From: Longimicrobiales bacterium
GTDB taxonomy: Bacteria; Gemmatimonadota; Gemmatimonadetes; Longimicrobiales; Gaopeijiaceae
Assembly: GCA_965203485.1 (NCBI GenBank)
Contig: OZ241892.1
Coordinates: 2,368,001-2,432,000 of the forward strand
Direction of reading: 5' to 3'
Length of the DNA stretch: 64,000 bases
Shown here: in pieces, positions 34,921 to 44,201 of the stretch
Layout: the number at the start of each line of letters is the position of its first letter
How positions within the stretch are numbered: the first letter of the stretch is position 1
The notes under the pieces: model-generated
Database searches by the model: none
Told to the model about the DNA's origin: nothing
Seen by the model: the letters and a program-made list of their open reading frames with translations, nothing else
Made by a program: the position numbers and the translations under genes

Positions 34921-36191
34921 AGGGCGGGCGTCCGGGCAGGGCCGGCAAGAGCCCGCGGGGCGAGGGACGTCGAGCAGCGGAGGGCGGACGCGCGGGAAGC
35001 TCGGACGGCGGAGCAGTACGGGGCGCGTCGCGAGGCCGCGGGGGACGCGCCGGTGGACGCGCGCTTGGCGCCTGCATGGCGTTCGCTCTGACGGCGGCGG
35101 GACCGGCGCAGGCCCCGGGCCAGGAAACGCATCGCGTCTACGTGGCCAACGAGTCGTCGGACCTGATCAGCCGCGTCGCCTTCACGCCGGGCGAGGGCGC
35201 CGTGGTCGAGAAGGAGATTCCCGTCGGCGTCATGCCGGGCGACAACGACGGCGCGCACGGCCTCGCCGTCTCCCCGGACGGGCGATTCTGGTACGTGACG
35301 ATCGCCCACGGCACGCCTTTCGGCCACGTCTGGAAGTTCGCGGCCGGAGCCGACACGCTCGTAGGCCGAGCCGAACTCGGCCTTTTCCCGGCGACGATGG
35401 GCGTCACCCCCGACGGCCAGTTCCTCCTCGCCGCGAACTTCAACCTTCACGGCGACATGGTCCCGTCGGACGTCTCGGTGGTCTACACGCCCGAGATGCT
35501 GGAGATCGTCCGCATCCGCACGTGCATGATGCCCCACGGCAGCCGCGTGACGGCGGACGGGCGCAGGCACTACTCCGTCTGCATGCACTCCGAGCAGTTG
35601 GTGGAGATCGACACCGAGACGCTCGACGTGAGCGCGCGCTTCGACGTCACGCCGGGCAGCGAGGCGCGCATCGGCCACGCGGGCGCCCGAACGACCGCCG
35701 CAACCAACCCGCCAGCCTCCACGGCGCGCTCGTGCAGTCCGACCTGGGTGGAGCCCGGCGCGGGCGCAAGGACCGGGCGCGTGGTCTACGTAGCCTGCAA
35801 CAAGAACCAGGAAGTCCTCGAGGTCGACGTCCAGCGCTGGGTGGTCGCCCGCAGGTTCGCCACTGGCGAGGCGCCGTACAATCTGGACGTCGCGGCGGAC
35901 GGGTCGCTGCTCGTCGCCACACTGAAGGGCGAGCAGGCGGTGGCCGTCATCGACTTGAACGCCGGAGTGGAGATCGCGCGCATCGCGACCTCGCGCCCGG
36001 TGACCCACGGCGTGGTGGCGACGCCGGACGGGCGCTACGCATTCGTGTCCAACGAGGCGGTCGGATCGGTGCGCGGAACGGTGGACGTGATCGACCTGGA
36101 GTCGCTCTCGCTCGCGGCAAGCGCCGAACTTCGCCACCAGCCCGGCGGCATCGACTACTGGCAGCCTCCGCGGGGCACGCCGCCTCCTTGA
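34917..36191 (+). CDS. YncE/YVTN-family beta-propeller protein
   Basis: VYVANESSD, AHGLAVSPDGRFWYV, THGVVATPDGRYAFVSNE; start approximate. Confidence 0.85.
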   Translation: MKGGRPGRAGKSPRGEGRRAAEGGRAGSSDGGAVRGASRGRGGRAGGRALGACMAFALTAAGPAQAPGQETHRVYVANESSDLISRVAFTPGEGAVVEKEIPVGVMPGDNDGAHGLAVSPDGRFWYVTIAHGTPFGHVWKFAAGADTLVGRAELGLFPATMGVTPDGQFLLAANFNLHGDMVPSDVSVVYTPEMLEIVRIRTCMMPHGSRVTADGRRHYSVCMHSEQLVEIDTETLDVSARFDVTPGSEARIGHAGARTTAATNPPASTARSCSPTWVEPGAGARTGRVVYVACNKNQEVLEVDVQRWVVARRFATGEAPYNLDVAADGSLLVATLKGEQAVAVIDLNAGVEIARIATSRPVTHGVVATPDGRYAFVSNEAVGSVRGTVDVIDLESLSLAASAELRHQPGGIDYWQPPRGTPPP

Positions 36192-36847
36192 CGCCAATCC
36201 CCACCGCTTCGTCGCATGCGCGCCGCCGCATGGTGCGCCAGCAGATCGCGCGGCGCGGGATCGCCGACAGGAGCGTGCTGGACGCGATGCGGGCCGTCCC
36301 CCGGGAGCGCTTCGTCCCGCCCCGCATGGCCGGTTGCGCCTACTCCGACTGCGCGCTTCCGATCGGCGAAGGGCAGACCATCACCCAGCCCTACGTGGTC
36401 GCGCTCATGGCGGAAGCGCTGGAGCTAGCGCCCACCGACCGGGTCCTCGAGGTCGGCACCGGCTCGGGCTACGCGGCCGCCGTCCTCGGCCGGATCGCCG
36501 CCGTCGTCTACACCGTCGAGCGCCACGCCACGCTCGCCAAGGACGCCCATGCCCGCCTTGCCCAACTCGGTTGCGAGAACGTCCGCGTGCGGCACGGCGA
36601 CGGCACGGCCGGATGGGACGAGCACGCTCCCTTCGACGCCATCGCCGTCGCCGCGGCCGGCCCGCAAGTGCCCGCCGCGCTTCGCGAACAGCTCGGCGTG
36701 GGCGGCCGCTTGGTCATTCCGGTCGGCCCCGCCGACGGCACGCAGCGCCTCGTTCGCGAGCGGCGAAGCGCCCACTCGGCGTTCCAGCGCGACGAACTCG
36801 CCATGGTGCGCTTCGTGCCGCTCGTGGGCCGCGCGGGGCCGGCCTGA
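36188..36847 (+). CDS. pcm: Protein-L-isoaspartate O-methyltransferase
   Basis: VPRERFV, GQTITQPY, VLEVGTGSGY, APFDAI, VRFVPL. Confidence 0.95.
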   Translation: MTPIPTASSHARRRMVRQQIARRGIADRSVLDAMRAVPRERFVPPRMAGCAYSDCALPIGEGQTITQPYVVALMAEALELAPTDRVLEVGTGSGYAAAVLGRIAAVVYTVERHATLAKDAHARLAQLGCENVRVRHGDGTAGWDEHAPFDAIAVAAAGPQVPAALREQLGVGGRLVIPVGPADGTQRLVRERRSAHSAFQRDELAMVRFVPLVGRAGPA

Positions 36848-36849
36848 GG

Positions 36850-37998
36850 ACTTCGCAGGCACGCCGGGGGGGGCGCCGCAGGCTTCGGGATTCATCGCCA
36901 AGTGCTCGAGCAGGGCTTCGGCCGCCCATTCGTGGCCTTGAGTGGTCCAGTGCCAGTCCCGGGGCCAGCCGGCCTCCTTGGGGAGACGCCCTTGGCGCGC
37001 GATCCAGTCGAACTGGTCCACGACGGGGATGCCGCGGTCCTCGGCCATTCGCGTCATGTGCTCGAACAGCTTGTCCGAACGCGCAATCCAGTTGGTGCGC
37101 ATGGCGTAGGACGACAATATGACCAGCCGCCCCCCCCCCCCCCCCCCGTTCGCTTCTGCCACTCGTCCAGCGCGAACGCGGTGAAGTCCATGTCGCGCGA
37201 CGACACCGATCCGGGCGGCGGAGCTCCGGACGACCGCGTTCCCGCCTGCACGACGCGGTGCCGCCACGCACGGTACTTCACGGCGGCCCAAGACGCCGAG
37301 TACGGGCGCAGGGCGGGCGGAATGCGGCGCCACGCGCGCCCTGCAACCCCGCCAACCGCCGACGGCCGCGTCCGGCCGGGCAAGCGCAGGACGACGCCGT
37401 CCTCGGTTCGCTCCGCCGAGGCGAACAACCCGTCGCGCCCCGCAATGGCATTGTCGATGAAGTCGTTGTTGACGAAGACGAGGACGACCAGCTTCGGAAG
37501 ACTATGCCGAATCCACTTGTCCCAGTAAGGAAGCTGCTGCACTTGGCCCGTGCCGCGGTGACCGTAGGCCGCCGTTGAGACTTCAAGGCCGGGCAACCTC
37601 CGGGCCGCCATTTCCTCGAGCAGAACGTGAAACTTGTCCGCGATCGCCACTTCCGCCGCCTCGACGAAGGAATCGCCGACGACGGCCACGTGGCACCCGG
37701 TCCGCGCCAATGCGGCGCCCGGCGGCTCCCTATCCAGAAAGCCCAGGCTGTTCGTGCGCGACACGGTCCAGTAGTCCTCCAAGTTCGTCGCTCGAAGTTC
37801 GGCGCCGGCCGCCAGGTGCAAGCCGACGCCGGGCACGAACACCGCGGGGCGGCGCCCTTGCCCGAACGGCATCGACAATCGCAACCACGCCTCCGCGACG
37901 ACGGCGGCGAGCCCCAAAGCGCCGACCAAGAGAAGGACGTTCCAGCACGCCGCGCGAAGCATGCGACGAACGCCGGCGCGCGCCGGCGAGTCAGGCAC
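36850..37998 (-). pseudogene. SGNH/GDSL-like membrane-anchored protein, frameshifted at a G18 tract
   Basis: N-part (VVGDSFVEA, GTGQ, NNDF) in ORF 37054..38022; C-part (RLVIL...DWHWTTQGHEWAAEAL) in ORF 36425..37333; colinear with paralog 40829..42028; 3' end uncertain. Confidence 0.75.
37130..37147. repeat. Homopolymer C18 (G18 on coding strand)
   Basis: Directly visible. Confidence 0.95.
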
Positions 37999-39259
37999 GC
38001 TCCACGACCATGGCGAATCCAAGGCCTCCCGCCGCGCACACTGTGAGCAGCCCGAACTGGCCGTCGCGGCGGCGCAGCTCGCGAAGCAGGGTCGTCGTCA
38101 ACCGGGCCCCGGTGGCGCCGAACGGGTGTCCCAGGGCTATGGAGCCGCCCGCGGCGTTGATGGCGGCGGGATCGGGATGGCCGACGCGCTCGCGCCCCAG
38201 GCGTTCCCGGCAGAAGCGCTCGGAGTCGAGGGCTCGCAGGTTGGAGAGGACCTGGGCCGCGAACGCCTCGTGCATCTCCATGGCGTCCACGTCCGACATC
38301 GCGATGCCTGCACGGTCGAGGGCGACCGGGGCCGCGTAGGCCGGCCCCTGCAGCAGCTGGGCGGCCGGATCGAGCGCGGCGAAGGCGCAGCTGCGGACAT
38401 AGCCCAGGGGATCCACGCCCGCGGCACGAGTTCGTTCGGGCGACGCGAGCAGCACCGCGGACGCGCCGTCGGTGAGGGGAGAGGAATTGCCCGCGGTGAC
38501 CGAGCCGAACTCGCGGTCGAACACGGGCCGCAACGCCGACAGCGCCTCGGCGGAAGTGTCGGCGCGCACGCCGTTGTCCCGCGTCGCCGCCCGGTAGTCC
38601 GGGGGCACGTACACGGGCACGACCTCCCCGGCCAGGCGGCCGTCCTCGGCGGCGGCGCGCGCCTTCCTGTGCGAGCCCAGCGCCCAGGCGTCCTGGTCTT
38701 CCCGCGAGATGCCGTTCTCCTTCGCCATCCGCTCGGCGGCTTCGCCCATCGTCTCGCCCGTGCTGGGCTCCGCGATGGCCGGAGCAACCGGCAAGAAGTC
38801 CCTCGGCCGAAGGCGCGCGAACGGCTTGAGGCGCGCGCCCAAGGTCTTCGCGCGCGACGCGGCGACCAGCGTCCCGGCCAGCCGGTCCGACGCAAGCACG
38901 GGAACGCGCGACAGGCACTCGGCTCCCCCGGCCACGACGACGTCCGCGCAACCGGTCGCGACGAGGGCCGCCGCGTCCGCAATGGCCTGGTTGGAAGAGG
39001 CGCACGCCCTCGACACCGTCGTCGCGGGCACCTCCGGGGGAAGCGTAGCGAGTCCAACTTCGCGGGCCATGTTCGGCGCGCGCGGATCGTGCACCACGGT
39101 CCCGAAGATCAAGTGGTCCACGTCGGCCGGCGCCAGCTCCGACCGGGCCAGGAGTTCGCGCACCGCGCACCGTCCGAGCTCGATCGCGGACATGCGGGCA
39201 AACGCCGTGCCCGCCCGGGCGAACGGCGTGCGGCGACCCGCGACGACGGCGACTCGCAT
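37991..39259 (-). CDS. fadI: Acetyl-CoA C-acyltransferase (3-ketoacyl-CoA thiolase)
   Basis: RTPF, SRACASS, HEAFAAQ, GHPFGATG, CAAGG. Confidence 0.93.
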   Translation of the reverse strand: MRVAVVAGRRTPFARAGTAFARMSAIELGRCAVRELLARSELAPADVDHLIFGTVVHDPRAPNMAREVGLATLPPEVPATTVSRACASSNQAIADAAALVATGCADVVVAGGAECLSRVPVLASDRLAGTLVAASRAKTLGARLKPFARLRPRDFLPVAPAIAEPSTGETMGEAAERMAKENGISREDQDAWALGSHRKARAAAEDGRLAGEVVPVYVPPDYRAATRDNGVRADTSAEALSALRPVFDREFGSVTAGNSSPLTDGASAVLLASPERTRAAGVDPLGYVRSCAFAALDPAAQLLQGPAYAAPVALDRAGIAMSDVDAMEMHEAFAAQVLSNLRALDSERFCRERLGRERVGHPDPAAINAAGGSIALGHPFGATGARLTTTLLRELRRRDGQFGLLTVCAAGGLGFAMVVERA

Positions 39260-39311
39260 GGCGGCTAGCGCGAGCGAGGTCGCCCGGCGCCGCACCGGGC
39301 TGAACGGCCGG

Positions 39312-40757
39312 TCACCGCACCAAGTGCAGCTCCGTCTGGCGCCGAAGCGTCCAGCGGACCTCGCCGTCGGGAGTCACCTCGGCCTCCTCCTCCTGGGCCA
39401 TGCGCACGCGCTGGCCGTCCCACTCGGGAACGGGCGTCGTGACTTGCAGCTCGGTCGAGAACCACATGCCGGGAATCACGGGCGGGTCGCCGCGTCCGGG
39501 GACGCCCGTCTGGTAGTCCCACAGGCCGATGAGCGGCCCGGCGCCGTGGCCGTGGTCCCCGATCGGGTGCGTGTACATGGTGCCGTCGAGGCCTTCCGCG
39601 CGCATCCTGTCCAGGACGGTCGCGAGGATCTCGTTGCCGCTGCGGCCCACGACGATCTCCTCCATCAGGATGTCCTGCAACCGGTTGGAGTTGGCCAGCG
39701 CGCGGCGCAGTCCCGCCGGCGCGTCGGTCTCGCCCTCTCGCAGGACGTAGGCCATGTGCTGCGTGTCGGTCGCGAGCCCCAGCGCGACGAGGCCGAAGTC
39801 GCAGTGCAGCACGTCGCCCCGCAGGATCACGGGGGCGACCGAATCGGCCATCGGCGCGCCCCGCCGCTGCACCGACACCGACGGCTGGAACCAGGTCCCG
39901 AGTCCCAGGTCGTGGACGCGCTGGCGCATCCACCAAACGACGTCCGCCGTCGTCGTGCGGCCGGGCTCGATCACGACGTCCGAGAACGCCGCGCCGATGA
40001 TGTCGTGGACGATCACCTGCGCGCGGCGGTAGACCGGAGACATGCTCGGAACGCGCATCGCCAAGTACTCGATCGCCAGCAGGGGACGGCGCACGACACG
40101 GGCCGCCAGCGCCGGTCCCAGGGCCTCGCTCATCTGCTCCCACTCGCCCGCCGCGAGCCCGTCGGCGAAGTTGTGGTCGCGCGAGACGTTGACCGCGATC
40201 GTCCCCGGGTCGCGCTCGCGCACCATGCGGGCGAACAAGTCCCACTGGTCCCTGCCCCACAGCTCGGCGGCCCGGCCGTCGGGCGCCGTGGCGGTGGCCC
40301 GGACGGCTTCGTAGGCGCCTCCTTGCGACGTGCCGCCGAGAGCCAGCCGCTCCACGCCCTCGCCGGGCCCCCTGTCGTGGAAGACGTAGATGGTGCGGCG
40401 GCGGGCCGCGAACGTCGTCGGCGACACGAGCGCCCTGAACACGGGGTCCTCGTTGTACTCGCGCATCGCCACGACCCACATGTCCACGCCGTGCTTGCGC
40501 ATGAGCATCGGCAGGTTTTCGCCGAGGCGCTCCTCTAGCCATGCCTGCTGCGTGCGCGCCTGTTCGCGCAACGTGCCGAAGGGGCGCTCCGGGCGGTAGT
40601 CGCGGGTCTGCGCCGACGCGGCGGGCGGGGTCGCCGCGGCCGCCAGGGCCAATGCGGCGGCGAGCGCAGGGACGGTCCCGGCGAACCGGCGGGCTGGTCT
40701 CCGAGAGCGAACCGTCGTGGGCAACCGCGGCGGCGCGGCGGAAGAGAACTCATGCAT
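39312..40757 (-). CDS. M24 family (Xaa-Pro-like) aminopeptidase, secreted
   Basis: GDVLHCDFG, TDTQH, THPIGDHGHGAG, STEL, QEE. Confidence 0.88.
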   Translation of the reverse strand: MHEFSSAAPPRLPTTVRSRRPARRFAGTVPALAAALALAAAATPPAASAQTRDYRPERPFGTLREQARTQQAWLEERLGENLPMLMRKHGVDMWVVAMREYNEDPVFRALVSPTTFAARRRTIYVFHDRGPGEGVERLALGGTSQGGAYEAVRATATAPDGRAAELWGRDQWDLFARMVRERDPGTIAVNVSRDHNFADGLAAGEWEQMSEALGPALAARVVRRPLLAIEYLAMRVPSMSPVYRRAQVIVHDIIGAAFSDVVIEPGRTTTADVVWWMRQRVHDLGLGTWFQPSVSVQRRGAPMADSVAPVILRGDVLHCDFGLVALGLATDTQHMAYVLREGETDAPAGLRRALANSNRLQDILMEEIVVGRSGNEILATVLDRMRAEGLDGTMYTHPIGDHGHGAGPLIGLWDYQTGVPGRGDPPVIPGMWFSTELQVTTPVPEWDGQRVRMAQEEEAEVTPDGEVRWTLRRQTELHLVR

Positions 40758-40828
40758 CGGCGTCGGGGGTTGAAGTGCGATTGCCGTGGCCTTGGGCGTT
40801 CCGGACCGTACGGAACAAGCGTGTCGCA

Positions 40829-42028
40829 TCAGTTGCGAGCAACTGCCAACGTAGGCGTTCCCGGGGCGGGAGGCATGTCGTCGCTGGAAGACGAGGGCGC
40901 CGGTAGCTGTCCACGCAGGTCCGTCCCCCCGGGGCGCGGGCGGGCGCCTTGCCGGCGGCCGGCGCGAACGGCGCGGTCGCCGCAGGCGCCGGGGCTTGCC
41001 TTCAAGTACTCGATCAACGCGTCGGCGGCCAACTGGTGGCCGAACGGTGTCCAGTGCCCGCCGGGATTCCAGGCCGCGTTCGCGAGATCGGCGCCCCGGC
41101 GCGCGATGTAGTCGTATTGATCCACGACGGAAAGGCCCCGCGCGTTCGCCATTCGCGTCACGTGCTCAAACAGATTGTTGGACGTGGCGACGGGCCACGT
41201 CTTCAAGGTGTGCGTCGCCAAGACGACGAGGCGCGCGCCGCCGCGACGTGTTCGCTCCGTCCATTGGTCGAGCGCGAAGGCCGTGTGATCCACCTGGTCC
41301 TCCGAAAGGAGATTTCTCGGCGGGTGGCGGCTCAGTTGGCGCAGGCGGTTCCGGAGCCACGGGACGACGTAAGGCTGAAGCCTTGCCGGGATACGACGCC
41401 ATGCCCTGACCGCCGCCGCAACCGGGCGCGGCTGGTGGATGGAGTCGGGCGAGACGAGGACGAAGCGTCCGTCGCCAAGCCGGTTCGCCGTCAAGAACGG
41501 ATGGTAGGGGGACGCCCGATGCCTGTTGTCGTGGAAGTCGTTGGCGACGACGACCAGCACCACCAAGTCCGGCCGAAGGCGGCGAATCCACTTGTCCCAG
41601 TATCCCAGCTGATGAACTTGGCCAGTCCCAAAAAATCCGTAAGCCGACGTGGTCACGTCCCAGCCGGGCAGTCGGTCGGCCGCCATCTGCTCGAGCCTAA
41701 TGTGCAGCTTGTCCGCCATGGGCACTTCCCCGCCTTCCACGAAGGAGTCGCCGACGACGGCCACGTGACAGCCGGCGGCAGCCAGCTCGGAGGCCGGCGG
41801 CTCCCGGTCCACGAAGCCATAGCTGTTGGTGCGGGCCGAGACCCAAAAATTGCTGTGGTCCGTCCTGCGGAATTCGGCGTGGGGCTTGTAGTGGACGCCT
41901 ATGCCCGGCACTAGCCGCAAGGGCCGATGAGGCGTCCCGAACGGTCGCGACAGCCGCAACGCGACCTCCCCGACGCCGCCCACTATCCCCAAGCCCGCAA
42001 CGAGAAGAACAATGTTCCAGCACGCCAC
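40829..42028 (-). CDS. SGNH/GDSL-like membrane-anchored protein (paralog of 36850..37998)
   Basis: TM segment, VVGDSFVEG, GTGQ, ANDF, GHWTPFGH. Confidence 0.8.
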   Translation of the reverse strand: MACWNIVLLVAGLGIVGGVGEVALRLSRPFGTPHRPLRLVPGIGVHYKPHAEFRRTDHSNFWVSARTNSYGFVDREPPASELAAAGCHVAVVGDSFVEGGEVPMADKLHIRLEQMAADRLPGWDVTTSAYGFFGTGQVHQLGYWDKWIRRLRPDLVVLVVVANDFHDNRHRASPYHPFLTANRLGDGRFVLVSPDSIHQPRPVAAAVRAWRRIPARLQPYVVPWLRNRLRQLSRHPPRNLLSEDQVDHTAFALDQWTERTRRGGARLVVLATHTLKTWPVATSNNLFEHVTRMANARGLSVVDQYDYIARRGADLANAAWNPGGHWTPFGHQLAADALIEYLKASPGACGDRAVRAGRRQGARPRPGGTDLRGQLPAPSSSSDDMPPAPGTPTLAVARN

Positions 42029-42050
42029 GCGCGCCGTCCTCTTGCGAAAC

Positions 42051-42074
42051 GGGGGGGGGGGGGGGGGGGGGGGG
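42051..42074. repeat. Homopolymer G24 (C24 on coding strand) just 5' of the SGNH paralog
   Basis: Directly visible. Confidence 0.95.
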
Positions 42075-42173
42075 AGTTCTCACCCGGTAACCGGCATAGT
42101 CAGGGCACAGCCTCCGGTGGCGCCGAACAAGTCGCGGGACTGCGCAGACGGCGATCGGCCGACACGAGCGCGC

Positions 42174-42752
42174 TCACGCACCGGCGACGTCGTCCGGGGA
42201 GCAGGGGGCGGCGGAACACGCAGCCTGCATCATTGCGAGGACTTCGGCGAGCACGGCCCGTCCCTTGTCCTTCGCATAGAAGGTTCGCGCCTTGGCGTAG
42301 CGCGGGCCGGACTCGAGCTTGAGTCCCTCGTCCATCATCCATTTCTGCAACGCGGCGGGGCGCGGGCCCCACCAAGCCACTTCCCGGTAGTCTTCGCCGA
42401 GCAGCATCACCACGGGAATCGACCGGCTTCGGCCGTTGGTCAGGTGCGCGTCCATCAGATCCGGATTGTCGTCCCGCGACAGCACGCGAAGCTCGGCGCC
42501 AGGCACGGTCTCGGCCAAGCGAGCGACCACGGGCAGGACGTTGCAGGCGTCGCCGCACCAGTCCTCGCTCAGCGCCAGCAAGCGCCACACGCCAGGCAAC
42601 TGCGCGGCCGCCGCCACGTCGCCGGGCACCCGAGCACGCTCGTAGACGGCGCGCCACAGCTCCGCGTTCTTCCGCACGGTCTCCAGATAACGAGGAAACG
42701 CCGGGGCCGCCTCGAAGCGGTCCTTCATGTCCATGTCGCGCGTCTCCGTCAC
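42174..42752 (-). CDS. Thioredoxin family protein (WCGD type)
   Basis: SEDWCGDA, RDDNPDLMDAHLTNG, SIP, WGPRP. Confidence 0.88.
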   Translation of the reverse strand: MTETRDMDMKDRFEAAPAFPRYLETVRKNAELWRAVYERARVPGDVAAAAQLPGVWRLLALSEDWCGDACNVLPVVARLAETVPGAELRVLSRDDNPDLMDAHLTNGRSRSIPVVMLLGEDYREVAWWGPRPAALQKWMMDEGLKLESGPRYAKARTFYAKDKGRAVLAEVLAMMQAACSAAPCSPDDVAGA

Positions 42753-42839
42753 GAGGGTTCTCGGGCGCCGGGGCCGCCTCTCGACGGCGCCGTGCTCGCG
42801 GCTCCGCCGGCTCCAGGGGCGCGCGGTTCGCAGACCGGG

Positions 42840-43724
42840 TCAGCGATCGGCCTTCCGCTCCACTGGACGGATCAGTCCTTCCTGGGCGGCCGACGCCACA
42901 AGCGTTCCGTCCCGCGAGAAGAAGGCGCCTCGAGCGAACCCGCGGGCGCCGCTCGCAACGGGACTCTCGACGGCGAAGAGCAGCCATTCGTCGGCGCGAA
43001 ACGAACGGTGGAACCACATGCAGTGGTCGAGGGAGGCGGCCATCAGGCCCGGATCGAAGAAGGTGCGCCCATGCGGTTGCAACGACGTGGCGAGAATGCC
43101 GTAGTCGGACGCGTAGGCGAGCACTGCCTGGTGCTGCACTGCGTCTTCGGCCAGCGGCCGGACCGCCTTGAGCCAGATGTGCCGCACCGGAGGACGCGGC
43201 TTCGGGTCGAAGACGTCGTAGGGCTCCACCGCGCGGTAGTCCACAGGCCGGTCCTGGGTGAGCACGCCGCGGCGGTCGGGCGGAATGAGATGCGCGTGCT
43301 CGCGCACCCAGTCGAGATCGGGCTCCAAGTCTTCCGGCGGCGGCACGTCGGGCATGGACGCTTGGTGCGCCAGTCCGTCCTCGGTCTTGTGGAACGAGGC
43401 GGAGACGGTGAAGATCGCCTTGCCGTGCTGCACGGCCGTGACCGTGCGGGTGGCGAAGCTCCTGCCGTCCCGAAGCCGGTCGACGAAGTAGACGACCGGA
43501 ACGCTCAAGTCGCCTTCGAGGATGAAGTAGCCGTGCAGCGAGTGAGCCGTGCGGTCCGCCTCCGGGATCGTGCGGCGAGCCGCGGCCAGCGCCTGGGCCA
43601 GCACTTGGCCGCCGTAGACGCGCCCCGACCCTATGTCGCGGTTGCGGCCCCGAAAGATCGTGGGCCCCATGACCTCCAGCTCGAGGAAGCCGAAGGGATC
43701 GGCGGCAACAACGGCTTTCGGCAA
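42840..43724 (-). CDS. tesB: Acyl-CoA thioesterase II
   Basis: YGGQVLAQAL, HSLHGYF, RDGRSF, LAYASD, SLDH, QEGLIR; TTG start with GGAG. Confidence 0.93.
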   Translation of the reverse strand: MPKAVVAADPFGFLELEVMGPTIFRGRNRDIGSGRVYGGQVLAQALAAARRTIPEADRTAHSLHGYFILEGDLSVPVVYFVDRLRDGRSFATRTVTAVQHGKAIFTVSASFHKTEDGLAHQASMPDVPPPEDLEPDLDWVREHAHLIPPDRRGVLTQDRPVDYRAVEPYDVFDPKPRPPVRHIWLKAVRPLAEDAVQHQAVLAYASDYGILATSLQPHGRTFFDPGLMAASLDHCMWFHRSFRADEWLLFAVESPVASGARGFARGAFFSRDGTLVASAAQEGLIRPVERKADR

Positions 43725-44016
43725 CAGCTGTCTCCGTACTTGCAAGGGCAAGGCCTCCAGGGCGCGCCCTCCCGCCCGCTGCCTTCCGCAATTTGCCGCA
43801 CGTGCAAAGCGTTCGGCGCCCCGCGACGTGAACGCGCGCCGATTCCGCTTGGCGCACAGCGTCGTCCTCCGCTTCACCTTCCGCGACACGGGCCTTTTTG
43901 CGAGACCCCAATCTAACGCGAGGCGGGCCGCGCACGTCATCCGTCAGTCGCGGCCACGACCCCTGCTCGGCGGGGCGCCGGAATGCGCATACGCGGCAAC
44001 CGCTCTAGATTGCGGA

Positions 44017-44123
44017 CCGGAATCGCCGGGTCCCGCGCGGGCAAGGCGCCGACGCGCGGGAGCATGGCCAGGCCAGGATGGCGAGCCGGAATCGCCCGGC
44101 TCCGTGCGGGCAAGGCGCCGACG
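44017..44123 (+). repeat. Two 38-bp direct repeats (44017-44054, 44086-44123; 34/38 identical)
   Basis: CCGGAATCGCC..GG..CCG.GCGGGCAAGGCGCCGACG twice, period 69 bp, in the tesB/amidase divergent intergenic region. Confidence 0.85.
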
Positions 44124-44201
44124 ACTGGCACGGCCACCGGCGAGCATGGCACAACCCAGCCCGGCCCCGCGCGCACCGCCCCGCGAACTGGAGGACGACG
44201 G

